Assembly (NCBI GenBank): GCA_964502635.1
Contig: CAZCXI010000002.1
Coordinates: forward strand, 1-60,360
Direction: 5' to 3'
Source: an uncultured Desulfobacterales bacterium
GTDB taxonomy: Bacteria > Desulfobacterota > Desulfobacteria > Desulfobacterales > C00003060
DNA: 60,360 bases
Part shown: piece by piece, positions 45,945 through 56,512 of the stretch
Layout of the letters: the number at the start of each line of letters is the position of its first letter
Position numbering within the stretch: the stretch's first letter is position 1
Made by a program: the position numbers and the translations under genes
Notes under the pieces: generated by a model
What the model was told of the DNA's origin: nothing
The model's input: the letters and a program-made list of their open reading frames with translations, nothing else
Database searches by the model: none

Positions 45945-47360
45945 TTAATCATTCAAGGATTGCACCGAACACAAATAAACACCAGTTTCTGCAGCAACAG
46001 CCAAGTAGTCACTTTCAAAGCTGAATGCCACGTCAGTAAAAAAAACCGCATCATCGATGTTATTCATTTTTGGCGATGAAAGACGCCTGAGTTCGCGCGA
46101 TTGAGATATGTCCCATATTACAACATTACCGCCGTTGGTAGCAGCAATCTTATTTCCGTCTGAGCTAAAGGATAGCTGTCCGCTTCCATATATATCTCCG
46201 GATGGCAAAAGAAACACATCCAGTAACTCGCCAATTTGATTATGGGCAGGCGATAATATGTCGGTCCCACGTTGCAGGACAGTCCACAACTCTACATGAG
46301 TTCCCTTATTGACTGCTAGTATGTTTCCTTTCGGAGAGAATGCAATCCTATCATTAAATCGCCTTTTCTGTGGATCCAAAATCCCTTAATAAGAACCTTT
46401 AATAGCATCCCAAATCCCTACACCGTTAACAGTTGTTCCAGCTAATAGCTTGCCGTCAGAAGAAACTGCGATAGATGTAAGATTTCTATAAATTGATTTA
46501 ATTGGCACATCAATTGTCATAATTTCACTACCTGTTAAATAATCCCATATTTTTAAGGAGTAGTGTCCTTTCTGGTAACCACCGATCGCCACCTTATTGC
46601 TATCAGGAATGAACGAGAGAGAACGGGCCCCATCCCTGCTCCAGCTCCAGGAAGAGCTTTCTCCGTGACCCCGAAAAACAACAAGTTCCTTCCATGTTAT
46701 AGTATCCAAAATCCTAACAAAGCCTTTTTCATCTATCATCGCTATGCTTCTGCCATCAGGTGAATATCTAAAGTTATTAAATTTTTGTTTGTCCAATAGA
46801 TATAATTCACCAGTATCAAGGTCGTTCAACCACAAACGACCCTTTATATCACGGGCGGCAACCATCTTGCTGTTAGGCGAAAAAGCAACGCACGTGATTC
46901 CAACGCCTGTCAAAATTAATTCTCTAAAACCGGCCTTTTGAAAAAGAACTTCTTTTCCCGACGTTGTCTGATTGTCGGGCAACTCAGACAGGCTGCCCAC
47001 TTTTTCTCTGTAAATTGGCTCAACGTTGTATCGCTTGACAACTTCATTTTCAGTGAATTCAAAAAGGATCCTATACTTTTGTTCACTTACAGAGACAATT
47101 GGACCTTGGCTAATAATATATCCATAGCTTTTCCCGGAGTCATATACATAAAATTGTGGATGTTTTAAAAGGTCGGGCTTTCCGAGAAGATTAGTCACCT
47201 CTGCTTTAGTAGTAGAGCCGATCCTAATTGCTTTAAGCTCCTCGTTTCCAATTTGACGCCCGAGAGGGGGTATGTAGAGGCATCCAGTGAAAGGTAACAA
47301 TAGCATAAGAATTGTGATGAAGCGAAAATGCTCTCTCATAACTTTGTCATTCGGATCCAT
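45945..47360 (-). pseudogene. BamE(SmpA/OmlA)-like plus WD40/beta-propeller lipoprotein gene interrupted by an in-frame TAA (46386-46388)
   Basis: ORFs 46386..47360 and 45945..46379 share a frame. The junction reads GIWDAIKGSY-TAA-GILDPQKRRFNDRIAFSPKGN, inside a WD-like repeat. Lipobox LLPFTGC at the N-terminus. Confidence 0.6.
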
Positions 47361-47399
47361 ATTAACACAAATGGTTGAGCGGACTGGTGTTATTACAAT

Positions 47400-48056
47400 T
47401 CAAAATCTAAACGAAACACCAACTGAAAGGAAATGGGTGCTAAAAATGGGTTCCATAACAATTTCCCCTCCCGTCGCACTGCTTTTAAAGTTAGGACTAA
47501 ATTCTGTGAACCTGTATTCAAGAAAGATCCCAGTTGTTTCTTTAAATAATACATATATGCCACACCGTGCGTCCAAACCCAAATCAAATAACCTATCATC
47601 TAAAACTCTTCCCGCAGTTGGTGCTTCTTCTATGAACTCTGACATACCTGTATAAAAGAACCCCGGTCCAACTCCCAAATATGGTTGAATTTTACCTCTT
47701 GGAAACGCCTGGCTTGAATGTAATGGTAGACGAACCATTAATAATGTCGAAACAGGGGCAACCCCAACGTCTATCTCATCGAAATCTAATTGAAAAACTG
47801 ATGCATCTATTGCCAATGCGAGCCATGGGCAACTTTCGAACCAATACCCAATGCGCCCCCCGAATAGAGACCCAGTATCAGAGTCTGAAAGGGTTTTAAT
47901 TGTTGTTCCATCAAACTGAATTTTATTTTCATCAGCCTCAGTAGAGTGAATACCAAGATAAATGTCGCCAAACCATTCGCCAAGTGCATAGTTTGGGATT
48001 AAAATCATAATTATTGACAAAAAAATAAGAATGGTTGCCCTGTTTTCATTTTTCAT
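47400..48056 (-). CDS. outer-membrane beta-barrel protein
   Basis: Signal peptide, alternating hydrophobic strands, and a terminal aromatic SVGVSFRF. Confidence 0.7.
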   Translation of the reverse strand: MKNENRATILIFLSIIMILIPNYALGEWFGDIYLGIHSTEADENKIQFDGTTIKTLSDSDTGSLFGGRIGYWFESCPWLALAIDASVFQLDFDEIDVGVAPVSTLLMVRLPLHSSQAFPRGKIQPYLGVGPGFFYTGMSEFIEEAPTAGRVLDDRLFDLGLDARCGIYVLFKETTGIFLEYRFTEFSPNFKSSATGGEIVMEPIFSTHFLSVGVSFRF

Positions 48057-48539
48057 TTTACCAGCCTCCGTTTTATTTAGTTTAGTGTATTCGATTGCTT
48101 TACACTATTTCTAATATTTCAAGGCGACATCTTTTCAAACGTCTTCCCAGTATCCATTCTGACTCCAGGGAAAATCCGGTCATCAATAGCTTGCCATCCT
48201 TGAATATTCGAAGCTGAGAGTTTCTCAACATTCCCAAATTATGGAAACTCACATCATCGAGAAACCCAGTAACATAAGCTTGCCAATGTTGACACTCGTC
48301 ACCCACACAGTTTCGCTATAGATCTCTAATGGGAACCCAAAAAATTCAAACTCTCAAACAGGAACACAACATTGCAGAACTCGAAACTCCACGCCGACTC
48401 GGTGGGACTGGCTATATACGGGCATTCAAGCAAGAAAGAGAGATCCAAATTTGACCCTGTTCTTGTCTTTGACAATTGAACATAGATTCACTTCTCGAAG
48501 CTCCTCTTCAAGCCGGCAAGCTCGATGGCTCAGCAAATT

Positions 48540-49187
48540 CTAGTAATGATAGCCAACTCCTAAAGTCGTGTTAAAATATTTAATCGCATCAAGGTCTCCG
48601 AAGCCCCACACATAGCTTCCTTCTAATGTGACTGAAACTCTTTTGGTTACAAAAAAGTCTACTCCCAGGCCCAGCTTGGCACACAAATCTGACTGTGGTT
48701 CTGAATATGAGGTGGTGACTCGGAGATCTGGTGCGTTGGGTGCGGTGTAGTAAAGGTCAGCGTCCATATTGCCTCCTCCAACAACAATAAAGGGCTTCAG
48801 CGGTTCAAGGCCGCAAGTAAACTTGGCGACTGCCATACACGTTATCACATCCAGCACTCCGTCCAGATCACCGGCCCAACCAATCTCCATTGATTGGCCC
48901 GTTTCAAATGCGACCAACCAATTAAAGTCAAACTCAAGTGAAAGCCAATCGGCAACATGATAACCAACTGTTACATTCAATCCAGAAGTGTCGTCAAAAT
49001 CTAAATCTGTTCCCCTGGCGATTCCCTCGAGGTCATTCTCTGCCTTCTCTGCGTCAAAATCTTCGAAAGCATAGGAGGCACCGATGCCAAAATACCAACT
49101 TCTGCCAACAGCATCTGCAGCATAAGATGAGGTTGATGAGTATAGCACTGTCACGATCAACACCGCAGAAATCAAGAACTTGTTCAT
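48540..49187 (-). CDS. outer-membrane beta-barrel protein
   Basis: Signal peptide (SSTSSYA), WYFGIGASYAF, and terminal LGVGYHY. Confidence 0.7.
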   Translation of the reverse strand: MNKFLISAVLIVTVLYSSTSSYAADAVGRSWYFGIGASYAFEDFDAEKAENDLEGIARGTDLDFDDTSGLNVTVGYHVADWLSLEFDFNWLVAFETGQSMEIGWAGDLDGVLDVITCMAVAKFTCGLEPLKPFIVVGGGNMDADLYYTAPNAPDLRVTTSYSEPQSDLCAKLGLGVDFFVTKRVSVTLEGSYVWGFGDLDAIKYFNTTLGVGYHY

Positions 49188-49228
49188 AGTGCACCCCTTT
49201 CCTTCTTGGGTGGGTGACGGTGCTCAGC

Positions 49229-49549
49229 TCATCTTACATTGAAGACTCGCAACACAACACCGCGCCCCCATGGCAGCGTAAAGCCAATACCTAAAGTCAA
49301 TGCGTTGTGCTCTTGGTCATCCGCCTCGCCGAAGCTATAGGTTACAAATGGAGTAATCGCCAAATTCTTATTTAGCGAGAAGTCATAGCCTCCGCCAAAG
49401 GTCAAGCCCCCCCTGTCTTTTCTTTGGGGTTCTCCTGGCCGATTATTCCAATGACTCACGTAACCGCCCCCCACCTTTGCAAACAAACCAGAGTCTCGGC
49501 CCAACCCGGTCCGCAATTTATCCGAGCATCGCATAGATCCTCTGACCAT
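49229..49549 (-). pseudogene. fragment of a small outer-membrane beta-barrel gene (possible frameshift with 49518..49775)
   Basis: Only C-terminal strand-like sequence (GGLTFGGGYDFSL...ITPFVTYSFG...LTLGIGFTLPW) and no signal peptide. It overlaps the upstream ORF in another frame. Confidence 0.3.
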
Positions 49550-49775
49550 CTGCTGCGAACTTGATCATGATGGACATAGCCGTGATGCCAAGGCCCACGC
49601 ACATCAAAACGAGAACCGTCCTTTTTAGGAGGGTCATCTCCCTCTTTCTGTCGGGATCTTCTTTGTGGCAGCGCTCCATGGCCCTGACAAACTTCCTGTC
49701 CAGTTTCTCGGTGACCAAGTCTAGGACCATGTCCACACACGTCGTCTGCACCCCAATGAGTTTCAGCGATTCCAT
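49518..49775 (-). CDS. hypothetical 85-aa protein with a C-terminal hydrophobic/signal-like segment
   Basis: GGGAG lies 9 nt upstream of ATG 49775. This is the first ORF downstream of the sigma-54 promoter. An internal MTLLKRTVLVLMCVGLGITAMS resembles a signal peptide. Confidence 0.35.
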   Translation of the reverse strand: MESLKLIGVQTTCVDMVLDLVTEKLDRKFVRAMERCHKEDPDRKREMTLLKRTVLVLMCVGLGITAMSIMIKFAADGQRIYAMLG

Positions 49776-49838
49776 ATCTTCGCTCCCATATCAAAGGTCT
49801 TGTTATCGACAATTTGTTGATGCTTTGCTTTTCGCTTG

Positions 49839-49854
49839 GGCAATACGCGTGCCA
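49839..49854 (-). promoter_or_regulatory. sigma-54 (-24/-12) promoter
   Basis: The minus strand reads TGGCACGCGTATTGCC, which fits TGGCAC-N5-TTGCW with correct GG/GC spacing. It lies about 65 nt upstream of ATG 49775 and is divergent from the sigma-54 activator gene. Confidence 0.6.
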
Positions 49855-50000
49855 AGAAAGAGACAAAGAGATAAACTCTTGTATTTTCAATTGGTTATGT
49901 AGTTTAGCACCAGATAGGCGAAGGCATTCCCTTGACTTTTTCTGTGAAACGTGTCAGAAACGGCTAACATATTTGACGGTTGCATGCTGGGCTGATAAAT

Positions 50001-51572
50001 ATGACAGAAACCCTGCACTTGGAGGAGGGCATGCCAGTGGATGAGAATGATTTTTTTCGGGAGGCCACACTCAGAATCTGCGAGAGCTTAATCATAGAGA
50101 AATCCCTATGGCGGTGCCTATCGTACATCAAGGACTATATTCCAGCAGAGGAATCGGCTCTGCATTGCTACTCCCCCGGCATGGGAACAGTGACCCTGTA
50201 CGCTATCGCTGATCGTGAGGGCGGAAAGTACGTTAATCTGCCGACGGCCTACCCTCCTGAAATTCGTGCGCTGATGCAAAAAGACGAGTATTCAAGAGGC
50301 TATGTTACCAATCGGGCCGATGAGCATCCCCTTGCTGGACCGGTGCTTAGAGCCATGGGAAGGGGAAAATCATCGTTGATTGTTGTTCGTCTCATTCTTG
50401 AGGAGCAATGGCTCGGCAGTGTCTCCTTTTGGGCTGAAGGGTGGGATCAGTTTACCGAAGAACACCTGAGGCTGCTTTCGCTTCTGAGAGAACCATTCGC
50501 CATAGCCCTGTCCAACAACCTCAGATATCGGGAATTGCTCGAACTCAAGGACCTCCTGGTCGATGACAACCGCTACTTGCACGATGAACTTCAAAGGATA
50601 AGCGGTGCGGAAATCATTGGTGCCGATTTTGGGTTAAGGGGGGTCATGGAAATGGTCCGTCAGGTGGCACCTCTTTCCAGTCCGGTGTTGTTGCTGGGAG
50701 AAACGGGGACGGGTAAGGAAGTCATTGCGACTGCGATCCACAATGCTTCTCCTCGTGAGGGGGGCCCCTTCATCAAGGTCAACTGCGGAGGGATTCCGGA
50801 AACGCTCATGGACAGCGAGCTTTTCGGCCACGAAAGGGGAGCCTTCACAGGCGCCCTTAGCAGAAAGCGTGGCCGCTTCGAACGAGCCCATGGAGGCACC
50901 ATATTCCTTGATGAAATCGGAGAGCTTACACCAGAGGCTCAGATAAGACTCTTGAGGGTGCTGCAGGAAAAGGAAATTGAGCGAGTGGGGGGTACTGAAC
51001 CCATACAGGTGGATATCAGGGTCATAGCCGCCACACACCGTGACCTTCAGAGCATGATCGAAAGAGGGCGATTTCGCGAGGACCTTTACTTCCGGCTGCT
51101 GGTTTTTCCCATCGCCATCCCGCCTCTCAGGCAGAGAATCGGTGACATCCCAGCCCTGGTGCAGCACTTTATGCAGAAGAAATCCCGAGAAATGAAGCTG
51201 ACCGGGATTCCCAGCCTGGCTCCTGGCGCCCTTGACCAGCTGATGGCCTATCGCTGGCCAGGAAACGTGCGGGAGCTTGAAAATGCAGTGGAGCGTGCAT
51301 TGATTATAAGTCGGGGGGAGCCTCTTACGTTTTCTTATCTACAGCCCCCTGTCTCTGAGCACGAGGGGCAGTCTTTCAGTGCCTCAGGAGATGGGTTTGT
51401 AAACCTGAACTTGGCTATGGCTAGGCATATTCGCACCGCTCTTGAAATGACAGGCGGCAAGGTGGAAGGAAAGGGGGGAGCTGCCGAACTTCTGGGCGTA
51501 AACCCAGGGACTCTCAGGCATCGCATGCGCAAACTGGGCATCCCGTTCGGCAGAAACTCAAGAAAGAAGTGA
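50001..51572 (+). CDS. sigma-54-dependent transcriptional activator (GAF-AAA+-Fis HTH)
   Basis: GETGTGKE Walker A, the GAFTGA loop, the ELENAVERA region, and a C-terminal HTH ([21 protein letters not shown]). Confidence 0.92.
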   Translation: MTETLHLEEGMPVDENDFFREATLRICESLIIEKSLWRCLSYIKDYIPAEESALHCYSPGMGTVTLYAIADREGGKYVNLPTAYPPEIRALMQKDEYSRGYVTNRADEHPLAGPVLRAMGRGKSSLIVVRLILEEQWLGSVSFWAEGWDQFTEEHLRLLSLLREPFAIALSNNLRYRELLELKDLLVDDNRYLHDELQRISGAEIIGADFGLRGVMEMVRQVAPLSSPVLLLGETGTGKEVIATAIHNASPREGGPFIKVNCGGIPETLMDSELFGHERGAFTGALSRKRGRFERAHGGTIFLDEIGELTPEAQIRLLRVLQEKEIERVGGTEPIQVDIRVIAATHRDLQSMIERGRFREDLYFRLLVFPIAIPPLRQRIGDIPALVQHFMQKKSREMKLTGIPSLAPGALDQLMAYRWPGNVRELENAVERALIISRGEPLTFSYLQPPVSEHEGQSFSASGDGFVNLNLAMARHIRTALEMTGGKVEGKGGAAELLGVNPGTLRHRMRKLGIPFGRNSRKK

Positions 51573-51857
51573 CGTGATTGAAGCAACCAGGTTTTTGCTG
51601 GACGGCTTCTCCACAGGTGGCAAGGTTGCTTCCACGGGGAGCAGTATCAGCCGAAAGTTGTCCCGTGACCCAAAGTGACTGACCAAGAGGTCTGATAGGG
51701 CCTCTGTGTCCTGAGCGTCGGCAAGAATACGAACAAAGCCGGTAGCATTCGCCGATTCTGACGTCCCGACTTGAACGACCGGTATGTCTTGAAATAAGAC
51801 GGCAATTCGTTCGAGTTCCTCTATGGGAATGGTCACTTCAAGCAGACGAAGCGGCAC
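51558..51857 (-). pseudogene. possible N-terminal remnant of a DUF389/TIGR00341-family gene
   Basis: LRLLEVTIP...VRILADAQDTEALSDLL...FRLILLPVEATLP resembles the soluble N-terminal domain of that family by recollection. The TM body is missing. The 3' end overlaps the activator gene by 15 nt. Confidence 0.3.
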
Positions 51858-51978
51858 GGACGTCTTTCCTCCTTACACTTCCAGCCGAGAGTGGTAACGC
51901 TCGATGTCACGGCATTTTACGAAGCGGAGCGTAATAAATTTCCGGTGGACCGACTTGTTATGCTGCTTCACTATTTTA

Positions 51979-52350
51979 CTAAACGAAAGCATAAATAAGA
52001 AATGCGCCAAACGCCGCTGCAAAGACACCGCCAACACGGCCAAAAGGCTTTGATAAAGACAAAGCCCATGACATTAACCGATTGAAATTACGGCGCCCCA
52101 TTACAGCTAGAAATACAGCGGCAACAATTGAGAGCCAACCAATAATTTCAATTACAAACGGAAATTCAGATACGTTGGATTGATATATTAGTAAAACACC
52201 AATAACCAGTCTTACTGCAACAGCTAAAATATGCAGTAACAGCTTGTCCAAATTATTTTGCAGAAAGCCGAATATAACTTCCGGATTAATTACAATGACT
52301 ATTCCGGCCAAAAGAGTCAGAGCACCAAATATTATTATCAATAGGGTCAT
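51979..52350 (-). CDS. small integral membrane protein (4 TM), hypothetical
   Basis: 123 aa and strongly hydrophobic, in an AT-rich context. Confidence 0.5.
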   Translation of the reverse strand: MTLLIIIFGALTLLAGIVIVINPEVIFGFLQNNLDKLLLHILAVAVRLVIGVLLIYQSNVSEFPFVIEIIGWLSIVAAVFLAVMGRRNFNRLMSWALSLSKPFGRVGGVFAAAFGAFLIYAFV

Positions 52351-52446
52351 AATCTATTTCCTACAGCAACATAACGCAGAAGTCACCGGTCGGTGTGAAG
52401 CGCGGCGAAACAACCGTCTGGTGAACTGGCCGGTTGTCCACCCTAC

Positions 52447-52821
52447 TTATTTCTTGGGGAAATACTTCACATCTTCTATATTCTTAAAATCTGAATCTTG
52501 AGTCCAAATGGTAGCCTCGAATTCTTTTGCTGTTGCGAGAATGATACTGTCAGCCATTGGGATCTTGTGCTCCAGACTTGTTTTTGCGGCAGCAATCGCC
52601 ATAGAAGCTGTTAAATCCACAACCCTTCCTTTTTGCATAGCAACGGCTGCGAGCAAGGCTTCATTCTCACTGGACTCTCTTAGAACTACCTTGAAAACCT
52701 CATATATCGTTACCGTTGGGACAACAAGCGAATCCGCGTCATTCAAAGGTGTCAAGAACTTTTTGGCATTCGGCTCGTCCGCGAAGTATGCAAGCCAGCC
52801 TGAAGAATCAACGATATTCAT
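52447..52821 (-). CDS. vapC: PIN-domain toxin VapC
   Basis: MNIVDSSGW (Asp5), MADSIILATA, and TQDSDF acidic residues. There is a 4-nt ATGA overlap with the upstream antitoxin gene. Confidence 0.85.
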   Translation of the reverse strand: MNIVDSSGWLAYFADEPNAKKFLTPLNDADSLVVPTVTIYEVFKVVLRESSENEALLAAVAMQKGRVVDLTASMAIAAAKTSLEHKIPMADSIILATAKEFEATIWTQDSDFKNIEDVKYFPKK

Positions 52822-53024
52822 AATCTATCTTCCTCACGTTCGAAGTCAGTATTTATGCCTTTGAGAAATCCGCGAAGCTCTTTAATATCTCGTTCTGGAA
52901 TAAGTTCGATCCGCCCACCATATTCTAAAACCTGCATTTTTTGACCCGGGCGAAGTCGCAATGCCTCCCTGACCACTTTTGGTATAACGACTTGATATTT
53001 TGGCGATACAGTTACGGTCAGCAT
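52818..53024 (-). CDS. vapB: AbrB/SpoVT-fold antitoxin VapB
   Basis: TVSPKYQVVIPKVVREALRLRPGQKMQV swapped-hairpin motif. ATG 53024 is preceded by GGAGG. Confidence 0.8.
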   Translation of the reverse strand: MLTVTVSPKYQVVIPKVVREALRLRPGQKMQVLEYGGRIELIPERDIKELRGFLKGINTDFEREEDRL

Positions 53025-53411
53025 GTCATAACCTCCATCGATCTTGTTTCGTATTACAATAACATGAACGATATCGTTTGGCAATCCTATCGATGGTCAA
53101 CGGAATTGACCTGCAACCGCAGACGTCGCGAGCAGGAAAATGCTGCGCATTTTCCGCATAGCGACGGCAAGGCGGCAGCTCCGCCGAAGGCGGGGTTGTC
53201 TGGTCGAATGACTTGTGAGATGCGACCCTGTTCGTTTCAAGCCATCTTATCGCAGGTTTGTCCAAGAAACCTCAAGACTTCGGGCTCTGAATTCCTTGCC
53301 TGTTAGAGCATAAAGCAAACATTGGCAATGCTGAATCACTGATGCAGATAAAGAGGGAATACCTCCACCTCCACCAAAGGGATAGAAAAGCAACACGTGA
53401 CGCCTTCACGG

Positions 53412-56129
53412 TCACTTCTCATCCAGCACTTCCCGGACTGTTGTGGCTATATCGCGCTTCAGGAAAGGCTTCATCACAAAGGCACGAATGCCAATGGCCT
53501 TTGCCTCTGGTTCTGAAATCTTTCTGCTGAAACCCGTACAGAGAATCACCGGGATGTCAGGTCGGATCTTCATCAGTTCTGTGGCCAATTGATCCCCTGT
53601 CATGGTCGGCATGGTCATATCGGTAACAACCAGGTCAAATCTGCTCGGCTGGTTTCGAAAAACCTCCAAGGCTTCCAGGCTGCTTGTCCTGGTGACCACG
53701 CCATACCCAAGGCCCTCCAGCATCTGCTTTCCCAGGTTCACCAAGGAGAGCTCATCGTCAACAAGAAGAATGGTCTCCGATCCGGTGGGGAGAACTCCTT
53801 CCGCTGTGATCTCAGCCGGTGCGTCCTGTTCAACAACCGGGAGGTACACATGAAAGGTGCTGCCCTCGCCTGGCTCGCTGTATACCGTGATAGCACCACC
53901 GTGGCTCTTTACGATGCCATGGACCACAGAAAGACCCAAGCCGGTGCCTTCCCCCTTTTCCTTTGTAGAAAAGTACGGTTCAAATATCCGACTCACTGTT
54001 GACGGGTCCATGCCGTGTCCTGTGTCGGACACGATCAGTCTCACATAGAGCCCGGAGGAAACATCCGGGTGCTGGGCTACAAAGTCAGCATCGAGCAGCA
54101 CATCTTCAAGAGATACCTCCAGCACACCGCCCTTTTCCTCCATGGCATGGGCCGCATTGGCGCACAGGTTAATGACCACTTGATGGATCTGTGTGGGATC
54201 AGCCATGACCGAGGAATCGCTTAGCATACTTGGGACCATCTCAATGGTTCTAGGGATTGATGCCCGCAGGAGCCGGGTCGCTTCCCTTACCACCAGCTTC
54301 ACCTTGACGGGCTTGGTCTCCTGTTCGGTCTGGCGGCTGAAGGTAAGGATCTGATGGACCAGCTCCCTGGCCCGAACGCCTGCCTTGAGGACTTCATGTA
54401 AATCCGTTTGCACTGTTGGTTGGTCGGAGGTGCTATCCATGGCCATCTCGGCATAGCCTATCATGGCAGCCAGGATGTTATTGAAGTCGTGGGCAATGCC
54501 TCCGGCCAGGGTGCCGATGGCCTCTATTTTCTGGGCATGGCGAAGCCGTTCTTCCGCCATTTTCTGCTCTGTAACATCCCTTCCTATGGCTACAATGAAT
54601 TTCGCTCCCTTGGCACTTTCGTAAAGGCTCTTTTTGGTATGCAAGAAGATGGTTCTCCCTGAAGCGGCATTGGTGAGAGTTTCCTCGCTAAAATTCTCCT
54701 TGCCGGTTTCCAGCACCCCCTCATCCATCTTCCAGAAGACATCTGCTTCTGCCTTTGGAAAGTAATCGTAATCCGATTTCCCGAGCAACCCTTGCCGGGA
54801 AATCCCCGATATCTCACAGAACTTGTCATTGACCAGCGCCCAACGATGCTTCTCATCTTTGATGCAAATCGGATCAGCTATGCTATTCAGAATCGCATTC
54901 AAGAACGCCTCGCTTTCCTGCACTTCTTCCTCAGCCTGCTTCCGCTCTGTGATATCCTGAAAGGTCCCCCTCAATTTGACAATCTTGCCATCCCTCTCTA
55001 CAACTTCCCCAATAGCTTGGCACCATTTTAAGTTCCCTCTTTTTGTCTTGAGCATTGCTTCGAACCGCATGGGCTGTCTTGTTTCCACTAAGTTTTGCAT
55101 TTTCTTCTTTATCATCTCGCGATACTCCGGAAGATACCAATCTACATGTTCATTCGCTCCTGGTATTGGTTCGTCCGGTTCGATCTCGACAATATCGTAA
55201 GTCCCTTTCGTCCATGTTGCCTTGCCGCCTTTTTCAAGGTCCATCTCCCAACCACCGATCTTAGCGATATCCCCGACTCTGTTTAACAATCTCTCGCTTT
55301 CTTGCAGGGCCCTCTCCGCCTTCTTGCGTTCAGTGATGTCCCGACACACACAGAAGACCAGCTTCTGCCCCCCGTACACGGCCCCATTGGTGCTGATCTC
55401 GACGTCATAAAGCGTGCCGTCCTTGCGACGGTGCCGTGTCTCGAAGTGAGCGCCGGTATCGTCGACCGCCAGGATCATTTCCAGCAATTGCTCCTGCGTC
55501 CACTGGGTGTCCCAGTCCCACACGTGGAGCTGATGTAGTTCCTCCATAGAGTAACCGAGCATATTGGCATATTGCTGGTTCGCCTCGTGCACCTTGCCGT
55601 TTTGGTCGACGACAACGATCCCGTCTCTGGATTGCTCGACCAGAATACGGCGGCGGATCGCTTCGTCCCGCAGCACCTCCTCCGCCCGCTTGTGCTCAGT
55701 GATGTCTCTCGTATTTGCGATAACGCCTGCAATGCGATTACAATCATCCCGATACGGCAAATAGGTGACATCCACGAACCTTTTGCCCAATGTTGGATAG
55801 TTGAACCATTCCTGATAATTGACAATTTCGCCTTGCAGACATCGATCAAAATTCGGTTTAATAAACTGCTCGAAGACCTCCTTACCAAGGTATTCAGACA
55901 CGGTTAACCCTAAAAAATGTCCCCGATCAAATCCTGAAGCCCCTTCATAAGCATCATTGACAATAATATATCGATAGGTTTTATCGAGGAATGCGATACC
56001 ATCGGGAGTTGAAGAGACTATATTTTGGTATTTCTTCAGTTCTTCCACATACTCTTTGTTTTTAAGTCCAGCTTGTTCTAATTCCTGGACTCTTTTTTCC
56101 AATTGCTCATAGGTAGGTTTGTTGGTCAT
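53412..56129 (-). CDS. hybrid sensor histidine kinase (multiple PAS, HisKA-HATPase-REC)
   Basis: About 4 PAS/PAC modules (..DITERK.AE..), H-box [18 protein letters not shown], and a receiver domain (LLVDDE...[12 protein letters not shown]). Confidence 0.9.
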   Translation of the reverse strand: MTNKPTYEQLEKRVQELEQAGLKNKEYVEELKKYQNIVSSTPDGIAFLDKTYRYIIVNDAYEGASGFDRGHFLGLTVSEYLGKEVFEQFIKPNFDRCLQGEIVNYQEWFNYPTLGKRFVDVTYLPYRDDCNRIAGVIANTRDITEHKRAEEVLRDEAIRRRILVEQSRDGIVVVDQNGKVHEANQQYANMLGYSMEELHQLHVWDWDTQWTQEQLLEMILAVDDTGAHFETRHRRKDGTLYDVEISTNGAVYGGQKLVFCVCRDITERKKAERALQESERLLNRVGDIAKIGGWEMDLEKGGKATWTKGTYDIVEIEPDEPIPGANEHVDWYLPEYREMIKKKMQNLVETRQPMRFEAMLKTKRGNLKWCQAIGEVVERDGKIVKLRGTFQDITERKQAEEEVQESEAFLNAILNSIADPICIKDEKHRWALVNDKFCEISGISRQGLLGKSDYDYFPKAEADVFWKMDEGVLETGKENFSEETLTNAASGRTIFLHTKKSLYESAKGAKFIVAIGRDVTEQKMAEERLRHAQKIEAIGTLAGGIAHDFNNILAAMIGYAEMAMDSTSDQPTVQTDLHEVLKAGVRARELVHQILTFSRQTEQETKPVKVKLVVREATRLLRASIPRTIEMVPSMLSDSSVMADPTQIHQVVINLCANAAHAMEEKGGVLEVSLEDVLLDADFVAQHPDVSSGLYVRLIVSDTGHGMDPSTVSRIFEPYFSTKEKGEGTGLGLSVVHGIVKSHGGAITVYSEPGEGSTFHVYLPVVEQDAPAEITAEGVLPTGSETILLVDDELSLVNLGKQMLEGLGYGVVTRTSSLEALEVFRNQPSRFDLVVTDMTMPTMTGDQLATELMKIRPDIPVILCTGFSRKISEPEAKAIGIRAFVMKPFLKRDIATTVREVLDEK

Positions 56130-56512
56130 GAGCCCGTCCTCCCTTTGTCAAAAAGACAAAAAGGCCCCGCACAAACGTATCTTTGACACGATGAACGGAG
56201 CCCTGTTCGGTCCCATAGGGTTTCCCCTTTGAAATTCCTTATCTTTGAAGACGAGGCACCCTGAAGCAGAGGTAACTATATACCTTATTAACAGGAGTCG
56301 TCAAGTCGCAGTGCTAGCTGCCAGCGCATCCAAAAGCCATAACCACATCATGGGTCAGTTCAGCGCTACGCGAACGATAGCGGGGACGGCCACAAGTATA
56401 TGACTGTTTCGACACGACCACGTATGAATGACAGCGGGCATATTTAAACAACTGCTCCACGCAAGCTTAGGTTTATTTATGGCCGCATCTTATATCTGCA
56501 AAGCCTTCACGG

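Noticed and set aside
48100-48306. A 68-aa ORF between the two OMP genes.
   Set aside because: It has no RBS or signal peptide. The weak WD-repeat-like sequence (LRIFKDGKLLMTG) suggests a gene remnant rather than a functional CDS, so it is mentioned only within the island finding.
52941-53306. ORFs 52941..53306(+) and 53026..53265(-) between vapB and the kinase.
   Set aside because: They overlap each other and vapB, have no recognisable domains, and have unusual composition. They are likely non-coding.
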